DNA from: a virus
Taxonomy: Duplodnaviria; Heunggongvirae; Uroviricota; Caudoviricetes
DNA length: 64,000 nt
Direction: 5' to 3' (one strand)
Virus record (IMG/VR): IMGVR_UViG_3300009709_000001
Span: 189,336-253,335 of that record
Part shown: positions 57,671 through 64,000 of the stretch, in pieces
Numbering within the stretch: position 1 is the first letter of the stretch
Layout of the letters: the number at the start of each line of letters is the position of its first letter
Made by a program: the position numbers and the translations under genes
Notes under the pieces: generated by a model
What the model was told of the DNA's origin: nothing
What the model saw: only the letters and a program-made list of their open reading frames with translations
The model's database searches: none

Positions 57671-57885
57671 TTTGGCGTCACCGCATTAGAGAGCTTGAAC
57701 ATTATCGCATCTTCCTCGTGCTCAAAGACTACACCTTTAATAACAAGTGTTCCGTCACCGGGTCTTCTATCAAATATCCAACGCCATTGCCATGTACCGT
57801 CTGTACCTACAGGAAGATGATTTACTAACCACCTTCTGCATCTATGAACTTCGGATGGATCGAGTGCAACTCTTGTTTTAAACAT
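57667..57885 (-). CDS. Array paralogue
   Basis: RWLVNH...VFEHEEDAIMFKL. Confidence 0.7.
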   Translation of the reverse strand: MFKTRVALDPSEVHRCRRWLVNHLPVGTDGTWQWRWIFDRRPGDGTLVIKGVVFEHEEDAIMFKLSNAVTPK

Positions 57886-58090
57886 CGGCACACCTAAATT
57901 TCAAACGAAAGGCCAGAACAGTCTGTGGATCCTTGATCACATACATTCGACTGTATACTACTCCCTCCGAGATGAAGTAATTATTGACAAACCCTTCGTG
58001 CCCTGCATTCTCGACTAGCCATGCGTGTGCTGCGGAAGCATCATTCTCATCTTCCAAAAAGACCAAAAACCAATTCGTAAAATCTTTCAT
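57878..58090 (-). CDS. Array paralogue
   Basis: AWLVENAG...IKDPQTVLAFRLKF. Confidence 0.7.
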   Translation of the reverse strand: MKDFTNWFLVFLEDENDASAAHAWLVENAGHEGFVNNYFISEGVVYSRMYVIKDPQTVLAFRLKFRCADV

Positions 58091-58311
58091 TCAACCTCAA
58101 TAAATCCATGTGCCAGTATTAACATCACGGCCGCTTCTCTTTCGACCACAACGTGGGATGCAATCCACCGACCAGTGTCACTCCATATGAATGTATGTTG
58201 CGGAGAGATCTCACGAACATATCTTCGTAGGTAATTAAATTTCAGGATAGTAGCACCAGTGGTTATCTCAAACTCTTTCGGTAGTGCAAGCTTTACCATT
58301 AGAGAATTCAT
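58087..58311 (-). CDS. Array paralogue (divergent)
   Basis: VVEREAAVMLILAHG. Confidence 0.55.
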   Translation of the reverse strand: MNSLMVKLALPKEFEITTGATILKFNYLRRYVREISPQHTFIWSDTGRWIASHVVVEREAAVMLILAHGFIEVE

Positions 58312-58580
58312 GTCTTGAAGATCTCCGGAAAAGACAGGACCGCCATTGTTACCAACTCCGGTAGATTCTCATTGATGAAGACATAATCGGCATATATCAT
58401 ACCTTTTGAATCTTGGCAACCAATTCCCGAAAGTCGAACATCACATGGATGCTGGCGCCTAACCCAATCATGAAGTTTGATATAGACTTCCCTGTGCCGA
58501 TAAGGATTATCAAGATGATATCTTCTCAGTCGGTATAACATTCCACCGTAGTGAACATTTATGTAGTCACTCGAAATCAT
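58308..58580 (-). CDS. Array paralogue (divergent)
   Basis: DWVRRQ...PELVTMAVLSF. Confidence 0.55.
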   Translation of the reverse strand: MISSDYINVHYGGMLYRLRRYHLDNPYRHREVYIKLHDWVRRQHPCDVRLSGIGCQDSKGMIYADYVFINENLPELVTMAVLSFPEIFKT

Positions 58581-58780
58581 ACAATACCTAAACCATTCTG
58601 TAATTTGAATGCGGTTATATCTTCCGGCTGTTTGAATATGATTATTGTATAGGCCGGCAAGATCCTGGCCTCTAATCTAATAAGCTGATCATAAAGATCA
58701 TTAGTCAGAGTAAACCACTCCCAACTATTGTACTTGTCAGGACCTATGGTACGCAAGCGCCAAAGCTTATGCTCCGTCAT
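58577..58780 (-). CDS. Array paralogue
   Basis: IFKQPEDITAFKLQNG. Confidence 0.7.
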   Translation of the reverse strand: MTEHKLWRLRTIGPDKYNSWEWFTLTNDLYDQLIRLEARILPAYTIIIFKQPEDITAFKLQNGLGIV

Positions 58781-58985
58781 GCGGAAATGTTAATCGAAAA
58801 GCAATCGCATCGTGCTCATTCGCGAAAACAATAGCACATCTATCGTAATTCTTGGAATGATCAAAATCCATCTGATGTGTAGCCCAAAACCAAGTCTGTT
58901 GGCTCGGTTCACCAATCTTCTCTTTCAACCAATCCAGATATTCCATCTGGGTGTTGAAGTTATCTAAAATAGGAAGGTAGATCAT
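58767..58985 (-). CDS. Array paralogue
   Basis: DWLKEKIG...VFANEHDAIAFRLTF. Confidence 0.7.
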   Translation of the reverse strand: MIYLPILDNFNTQMEYLDWLKEKIGEPSQQTWFWATHQMDFDHSKNYDRCAIVFANEHDAIAFRLTFPHDGA

Positions 58986-59172
58986 TTCCAAACTTCAATT
59001 TAAAAGCAATTGCATCTTCGTCGAGCAGAATATACAAGACGAAGTCTTCGATCCTGAATAATCCTTCGCCAATATTATCGAGCAACCATGTCGTAACCTG
59101 ATTCCTCTTGTCAAGGAAATCAGAATAGCTATGTGGACCCTTAGAGTTCCATCTAAATGGAATAGTTGTCAT
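58960..59172 (-). CDS. Array paralogue
   Basis: TWLLDNIG...DEDAIAFKLKFG. Confidence 0.75.
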   Translation of the reverse strand: MTTIPFRWNSKGPHSYSDFLDKRNQVTTWLLDNIGEGLFRIEDFVLYILLDEDAIAFKLKFGNDLPSYFR

Positions 59173-59444
59173 TAAAATCTTAACCTAAATGCAATCGCAT
59201 CTTCTTCACGGCAGAAGCCGAAAGAAGTTACTCCATACATAGCCCATGGCTGTGAAATTAATCCATCTTCATCGGGCCACGGCTCCAAATTAAACAACCA
59301 TTCGAGTAACTCGATATAACCTATGTTATGTGGAGATGGAACAATGAAATTAATCTGCAATGGTGCCCGATATGTAATCTCTGTACCGCCCGGCGCATAG
59401 ACACGAACAGTGTTATCCTTATCGTCGGTGATAATCTTATTCAT
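59172..59444 (-). CDS. Array paralogue
   Basis: EWLFN...GFCREEDAIAFRLRF. Confidence 0.75.
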   Translation of the reverse strand: MNKIITDDKDNTVRVYAPGGTEITYRAPLQINFIVPSPHNIGYIELLEWLFNLEPWPDEDGLISQPWAMYGVTSFGFCREEDAIAFRLRF

Positions 59445-59658
59445 ATGTAGTCATCCAGAAGATTAACTTGAATGCTAACGCATCCTCGGGATTCTCGAAC
59501 CAATAGGTACTCGGTCCAGACTTCATCAACCCATAATGTGCATACCAGGTTCCATTCTTTAGATTAGTTCTGCACCAACCCCAATGGGTTTCATGATCCT
59601 TAGGAACCTTGTGTTCATAAACCTTGACGCAAACATCAGTCATGTTTCTTGGCTGCAT
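59437..59658 (-). CDS. Array paralogue
   Basis: GWCRTNL...WFENPEDALAFKLIF. Confidence 0.75.
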   Translation of the reverse strand: MQPRNMTDVCVKVYEHKVPKDHETHWGWCRTNLKNGTWYAHYGLMKSGPSTYWFENPEDALAFKLIFWMTTYE

Positions 59659-59854
59659 AGAATACCCGCGGATATTTTAATCTGATAGTTAATGCATCTT
59701 CTTCATGCTTGAAGGCAATACATCCGGGCCTGGGAAACCAGAAAGTTTGAGTATCATTTCGATCTGCACTAATCTGATTTAGCCATAGGATTGCTTGTGT
59801 CATCTCATGCACATCACTCCAACCACTCTCATTAATTTCAAAGACCAAGCTCAA
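59636..59854 (-). CDS. Array paralogue
   Basis: LWLNQ...AFKHEEDALTIRLKY. Confidence 0.7.
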   Translation of the reverse strand: MSLVFEINESGWSDVHEMTQAILWLNQISADRNDTQTFWFPRPGCIAFKHEEDALTIRLKYPRVFYAAKKHD

Positions 59855-60083
59855 TTTTATTCTCTGATAGGAAACGAAGTTTAAAGGCGAGTGCTAGTTC
59901 GGGATCAGCAAAGACATATCCATAATAGATACGATCGCATTGACGATGATTCAATTGATAGATATCCGACCCATCAGGCCTGCAAGTAAACCATGTATCG
60001 GGTCCTTCGGCAACGCCACAGTTCTTAAGCCATTCTCTTGCGGCCTGGTTACTCTTCTGTACTGGTAGTCCAACGTAAATCAT
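59838..60083 (-). CDS. Array paralogue
   Basis: EWLKNCG...VFADPELALAFKLRF. Confidence 0.7.
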   Translation of the reverse strand: MIYVGLPVQKSNQAAREWLKNCGVAEGPDTWFTCRPDGSDIYQLNHRQCDRIYYGYVFADPELALAFKLRFLSENKIELGL

Positions 60084-60304
60084 AATCCAAACCTTAGTTT
60101 AAAGGCCACTGCATCCTCACCATTTGAGAAATGCCATTCCATTTCCTGCTCGATAAATTCAGCGTCGATTTCATTCTCATCAAGCCATTCTGCCTGCGGT
60201 GCTATCTCATCCGGTACATAGGGATTCAGGCCGCCGGCACGAAGCATCAGAAGAAATCTTTTCAGCGATGGAAAATCTTTCGGTAATGCCTTTACTGCAA
60301 TCAT
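60080..60304 (-). CDS. Array paralogue
   Basis: EWLDENEI...HFSNGEDAVAFKLRFGL. Confidence 0.75.
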   Translation of the reverse strand: MIAVKALPKDFPSLKRFLLMLRAGGLNPYVPDEIAPQAEWLDENEIDAEFIEQEMEWHFSNGEDAVAFKLRFGL

Positions 60305-60401
60305 AATCCTAAAACTCGTCGGGCGGGTGTTTTCTTCGCGGTGCGCGCCGAAACGCCAAAATTTTAATATCTGTTCTCTTAGCCAATAATGATATTATCG
60401 A

Positions 60402-60689
60402 CTATACCGCCGGAATCCATTTTTGTCCCGACATCATCAATTTAAAATAGGTTGCATCCTCGGCATTCTTAAACACAAATCCATAGGAGAATTGCGTAAT
60501 ACCCGTCCAGTGCCATTCACCTTGCTTAAATGTTTTCTGGCACCAGACAATCATCTTATCCATTATCTTACGATAGGTCATAACATCTTCATCAAACTGG
60601 TCAAAATATTCAAACATCGGCCAGATCTCTGTCCAGGCAACACCATCAATAATTGTTTCACGCACGATCACCACCAACGTCCTGTGCAT
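60402..60689 (-). CDS. Array paralogue
   Basis: VWCQKTF...VFKNAEDATYFKLMM. Confidence 0.7.
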   Translation of the reverse strand: MHRTLVVIVRETIIDGVAWTEIWPMFEYFDQFDEDVMTYRKIMDKMIVWCQKTFKQGEWHWTGITQFSYGFVFKNAEDATYFKLMMSGQKWIPAV

Positions 60690-60951
60690 CTGTCACTAAA
60701 AGACCAAGGGTCCTTCCGCCGAAACGCAACTTAAATATCACCGCGTCCTCTCTAGAAAGCGTAATCATATTCGGATAATAGACATTATTCTCTAGTCGAA
60801 CTATAGAACGTTCCAAATACGGAATATCAGATCTACTCAACCAGAGCGCTATCTCTAACCATTTCACTACATTCAGATACGGTTCGTCGGGATTAAATCC
60901 TAAAACTACGAAAACTATATTCTTGTCCCTAATCGATTCTGTGTATATCAT
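60658..60951 (-). CDS. Array paralogue
   Basis: LWLSRSDI...SREDAVIFKLRFG. Confidence 0.7.
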   Translation of the reverse strand: MIYTESIRDKNIVFVVLGFNPDEPYLNVVKWLEIALWLSRSDIPYLERSIVRLENNVYYPNMITLSREDAVIFKLRFGGRTLGLLVTDAQDVGGDRA

Positions 60952-61168
60952 GTCCGTTAAATCTCAATAAGAAAGCAATTGCATCATTCTCATGCGGAAA
61001 CCAAAAGTCGACATGCAAGTGTGTTGCATCACGCTTTACAATTTCTCGTCTAGACCCGGGATTGTTTGCAATCTATTGTTTCATTTCGTCCCATTCGGGC
61101 CAACCCTTAATTGCTTCGGGATTAGCAATTTCGGCACTAAGGACGGTATATAAAATCTTTTCTCTCAT
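60929..61168 (-). pseudogene. Array paralogue interrupted by an in-frame TAG
   Basis: MREKILY...DEMKQ*IANNPG...WFPHENDAIAFLLRF; TAG at 61073-61075 where paralogues have Trp. Confidence 0.7.
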
Positions 61169-61356
61169 AATCCGAAAGTAATTTTAAATGCGAGTGCATC
61201 AGCAGGATCTCTAAACTCGATATAGAAAAAGGTATGTCCCCAATCCCAAGAATCAGGAGAACGTTCATTCAGTGCATCAAGCCATTTGGCGGCCTGCTCC
61301 TCTTTATCTTCCTGATCGGAAGATGTCGACATGGGCCAATGTACGGTTGTTTTCAT
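61165..61356 (-). CDS. Array paralogue
   Basis: KWLDAL...EFRDPADALAFKITFGL. Confidence 0.75.
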   Translation of the reverse strand: MKTTVHWPMSTSSDQEDKEEQAAKWLDALNERSPDSWDWGHTFFYIEFRDPADALAFKITFGL

Positions 61357-61631
61357 GATAACCGCCAAGTCAGAGTTAATGCAATAGCATCGGCTTCATT
61401 TCGAAAACCGAGCATTGGATATTGTCCGGAAAAATAAATCCATTGCGGCTCGACACCAGGTTCGATATCAGAATCTCCTACGGCGTAACCTACGTTAGCA
61501 AGTAGCCATTCGATAACTTTTACATCGTCACTTGCGGTAAGGCTGTCACTAAACGGCCAGGCCACCGTATACCTGTACGTTTCGAAATCTTCTTCCGTAA
61601 ACATAGGATACAGATCTTTATTCTTAATCAT
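61353..61631 (-). CDS. Array paralogue
   Basis: EWLLANVG...GFRNEADAIALTLTW. Confidence 0.75.
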   Translation of the reverse strand: MIKNKDLYPMFTEEDFETYRYTVAWPFSDSLTASDDVKVIEWLLANVGYAVGDSDIEPGVEPQWIYFSGQYPMLGFRNEADAIALTLTWRLS

Positions 61632-61875
61632 ACACCAAATCTTATCTTAAACGCGGTCGCATCTAATGTATCGCCGAAAAGGTAATGCAACGAATAAATC
61701 GAATTACCTCGGCATACCACTCACCGGTTATCTGTCTCTTACACCATGCATTCATCTCGTCATACAAATCAGAAGCATAACGTGGACTGTTCAGAAAATA
61801 TTCCGTAGGAACAGTAACCCGCTGATAAAGGCATTCCGGTCTTATTCTTTGCGGTAGTTCTGGTGTAGGATCCAT
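61628..61875 (-). pseudogene. Frameshifted array paralogue
   Basis: Frame 1 gives ...AWCKRQITGEW...CITF then stops at 61663; the motif FGDTLDATAFKIRFGV* lies in another frame and ends in the ATGA overlap at 61628. Confidence 0.65.
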
Positions 61876-61885
61876 CAGTATTTCA

Positions 61886-62113
61886 TTATATCGGAAACAT
61901 AAGTTTAAAGAGAGTAGCATCGTCTTCGTGTAGCTCAATCTTCAAAGGGATCGATGGACCAAAGTATCCAATTTCCCTAACATCTCTAGCCATGTAAAAG
62001 ATATCATTTTCGTGTAACCAGGCTTCCATTTTTGCCCAACGCTCGATATCTTTCGGAGTCATGTTGTCTTCGTCAAATCCAAGACTTATTCTTTTCGACC
62101 TTTCTAGTTTCAT
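61886..62113 (-). CDS. Array paralogue
   Basis: AWLHENDI...HEDDATLFKLMF. Confidence 0.75.
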   Translation of the reverse strand: MKLERSKRISLGFDEDNMTPKDIERWAKMEAWLHENDIFYMARDVREIGYFGPSIPLKIELHEDDATLFKLMFPI

Positions 62114-62146
62114 GCAAGTTAAACCTCATCTTATTATTTTTCATTT

Positions 62147-62401
62147 TCAATCCCCATTTATAGCGCCGAGGAGTGCGGGAAAGTCAAATTCAGCCAAACC
62201 AAACTTCAACTTCACCATAAGTGCATCGGATTTGTTACCGATTGTAAGTCCAATAGGAAGTCGAATATGGCTGTAGCGAACAACGTAATCGATCTTGTTT
62301 GCATCACAGTAATCGGTAATGCCGTAAACAAAGTTACCGAGATCACTTAACGTTTCTATAGTAGATGGAATTGCCGGGGCGCGCAAATCGAAAGTAGTCA
62401 T
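62147..62401 (-). CDS. Array paralogue
   Basis: DYCDANKI...NKSDALMVKLKFGL. Confidence 0.7.
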   Translation of the reverse strand: MTTFDLRAPAIPSTIETLSDLGNFVYGITDYCDANKIDYVVRYSHIRLPIGLTIGNKSDALMVKLKFGLAEFDFPALLGAINGD

Positions 62402-62664
62402 CCACACACCATTACTGCTTCATAGATAGGTTCATATTCTTCGCGAACAGACAACCCGAACTTAATCGCGACAAGGGTAGCAGCCTGCTCATCTTCAATA
62501 TCGATTGCAATAGGTCCAATCGCATCATGTCGCGAAATACATCTGATACCGGTTCCACGACAATACTCGAGAATCTCATCACAGAGTTCCCACATCTCGA
62601 ATCTATCACGCCTGTGGCCTTCATGTCTCTTACTCGGGCCGGAAAGATCAAATGCAGTAGTCAT
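62398..62664 (-). CDS. Array paralogue
   Basis: EYCRGTGI...DEQAATLVAIKFGL. Confidence 0.7.
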   Translation of the reverse strand: MTTAFDLSGPSKRHEGHRRDRFEMWELCDEILEYCRGTGIRCISRHDAIGPIAIDIEDEQAATLVAIKFGLSVREEYEPIYEAVMVCG

Positions 62665-62855
62665 CTTATTGTGTGTCCAAACTTTAATCGAAATGCTAAC
62701 TCATCTTCAGCATCACTGAAACCAATATGTCGACCACTAATGCCATAAGGTTGGGTACAGTTTTTCTTAGCCCATTGCACGATATCTTCTATGTACCGCC
62801 ATCTATCAATGCCATCTTTAATGTGTTCGGGAATTATTATTCCCATTATCTTCAC
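62661..62855 (-). CDS. Array paralogue
   Basis: QWAKKNC...GFSDAEDELAFRLKFG. Confidence 0.75.
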   Translation of the reverse strand: MKIMGIIIPEHIKDGIDRWRYIEDIVQWAKKNCTQPYGISGRHIGFSDAEDELAFRLKFGHTIR

Positions 62856-63061
62856 CTACCGAATCTCAGAATAAACGCGCTCATATCTTCTTCACGTTCA
62901 AAGTATATTTCTACTCCATCGGCTGTATGCAGAAATGTAATCTCCTGATCTATCAAGAAGTTATAAGCATCGTCATCGATCTTAAACAAGTCGGGCCGTT
63001 TCCTACCAACCATAAATGGTGCTCGCCAATCCCAACGTAGAACAAACTTTTTCGAATTCAT
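62852..63061 (-). CDS. Array paralogue
   Basis: YFEREEDMSAFILRFG. Confidence 0.75.
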   Translation of the reverse strand: MNSKKFVLRWDWRAPFMVGRKRPDLFKIDDDAYNFLIDQEITFLHTADGVEIYFEREEDMSAFILRFGR

Positions 63062-63288
63062 TACAAACCAAACTTCAACTTAAAGAAAGTCCAATCCTCT
63101 ACAGTAATGAATAACGAATACTGTTTGTACCAACTTCCATTTCCATACGTATCGATCCAAGCACGCATATCATCCCAATCCTCAGATTTAACATTTAAGG
63201 ATTCATCAGTAAAGAACGAGCTAAACAGATCGATACGTATAAAAGCGATATCATCTTTCACAATACTGATTTTATCTACAAACGGCAA
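63061..63288 (-). CDS. Array paralogue
   Basis: AWIDTYG...TVEDWTFFKLKFGL. Confidence 0.7.
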   Translation of the reverse strand: MPFVDKISIVKDDIAFIRIDLFSSFFTDESLNVKSEDWDDMRAWIDTYGNGSWYKQYSLFITVEDWTFFKLKFGL

Positions 63289-63291
63289 GAC

Positions 63292-63633
63292 TCATGATTC
63301 CAATTCTGAAAAGTTAAAGTGAGAAAACTTTATACGAAAAAGTGTCTCATCTTCCGAATTCGAGAATCCAATAATGTGCGGAATCCACATAGACACATTC
63401 TGACCAGTAAACATATCTTTCGACACGTTAACTGAACACTCCCCGGAGAAACGGTATTGAGCTTCCGGAAATTGAATCTCTTCAAGCCAGTCAACTACTT
63501 CTTTATAGCGCTCTTGAGCATGCCAAAATGCATGTTTCGGTGATATGTAACGTATGAACTTGAAGTCTTCATCGTCCTTAGACGGAGACATGGTTAACAA
63601 CACATTGTAATCCATACATTTCTGATACGACAT
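63292..63633 (-). CDS. Array paralogue
   Basis: DWLEEI...GFSNSEDETLFRIKF. Confidence 0.7.
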   Translation of the reverse strand: MSYQKCMDYNVLLTMSPSKDDEDFKFIRYISPKHAFWHAQERYKEVVDWLEEIQFPEAQYRFSGECSVNVSKDMFTGQNVSMWIPHIIGFSNSEDETLFRIKFSHFNFSELES

Positions 63634-63699
63634 TGTACGTGCTTTCTACCTAGACTTTTTACTCGTATTAGTGTAACACAGAGTTATAGAAAGGTTCAA

Positions 63700-63960
63700 T
63701 TATATCGTTTGGAAGACAAGCCTAAAGGCAACCGCATCTTCCTCTGTAGGAACATATACTGCAATCACCATAGAATCAATATTTCTGTCATAAGCGACAG
63801 ATACTAGCCAATCGTTAGGAGAATTTTCTTGTAACCAGGAATCTATTCTTTTCGAATTAGTATAGTAGTAAGTTTCATTAATGTGGATAGCAACTTTCCT
63901 AAGTTTTGATTCATAGTCGGACATAAACTTGGCTTCGATAATAGCTTCAGCTTTAGACAT
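63700..63960 (-). CDS. Array paralogue
   Basis: SWLQENS...PTEEDAVAFRLVF; GGAG SD region. Confidence 0.75.
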   Translation of the reverse strand: MSKAEAIIEAKFMSDYESKLRKVAIHINETYYYTNSKRIDSWLQENSPNDWLVSVAYDRNIDSMVIAVYVPTEEDAVAFRLVFQTI

Positions 63961-64000
63961 CGGAGGTTCCTATAGGATTTGGGTAAAAAATCAGTTGCAA

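Larger units (their letters stand above)
56852..63960 (-). repeat. Tandem array of ~29 small paralogous genes with a C-terminal (E/D)DAxxF(K/R)LxF motif
   Basis: Protein-level motif in nearly every consecutive ORF, plus a central Trp helix (W(L/C)xxN); most ORFs overlap by ATGA/TAATG. Confidence 0.85.

Noticed and set aside
61073-61075. Genome-wide TAG recoding
   Set aside because: Very long genes are intact in code 11 and TAG terminates other genes; only one in-frame case was seen
56852-63960. Array as integron cassettes, CRISPR or a DGR target set
   Set aside because: Genes overlap, leaving no room for attC sites or repeats; no near-identical DNA repeats; no integrase, Cas or reverse transcriptase in the window
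1-64000. tRNA, rRNA, CRISPR arrays, IS elements
   Set aside because: None recognised by eye; a tRNAscan/CRISPR scan was not possible

Overview
64 kb from a large (jumbo-type) myovirus, distantly T4-like, using genetic code 11 with sigma70-type early promoters and a TGATAAATA late-promoter motif. 1-12 kb holds the 5' part of the portal, a GIY-YIG-like homing endonuclease, tape measure, a gp26-like hub/chaperone with a probable -1 frameshift extension, a ~680-nt highly structured non-coding region, a GH108 endolysin, a Holliday-junction resolvase and gp46/gp47/gp55-like genes. 12-35.4 kb is a contractile-tail baseplate module (gp48/54-, gp53-, gp27-, gp5-lysozyme-, gp25- and gp6-like genes, a 3281-aa structural protein and fibre-like proteins). 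35.4-52.3 kb is a translationally coupled 21-gene glycan synthesis/tailoring cluster behind a late-type promoter. 52.2-64 kb carries minus-strand early genes (DEDD exonuclease, Imm-like protein) ending in a ~7-kb tandem array of ~29 small divergent paralogues that share a C-terminal F-x3-(E/D)-D-A-x-x-F-(K/R)-L-x-F motif. The strongest novelty candidates are the large RNA with a long-range kissing loop, the paralogue array and the glycan cluster. All calls come from motif recognition by eye; no database searches or folding programs were run.
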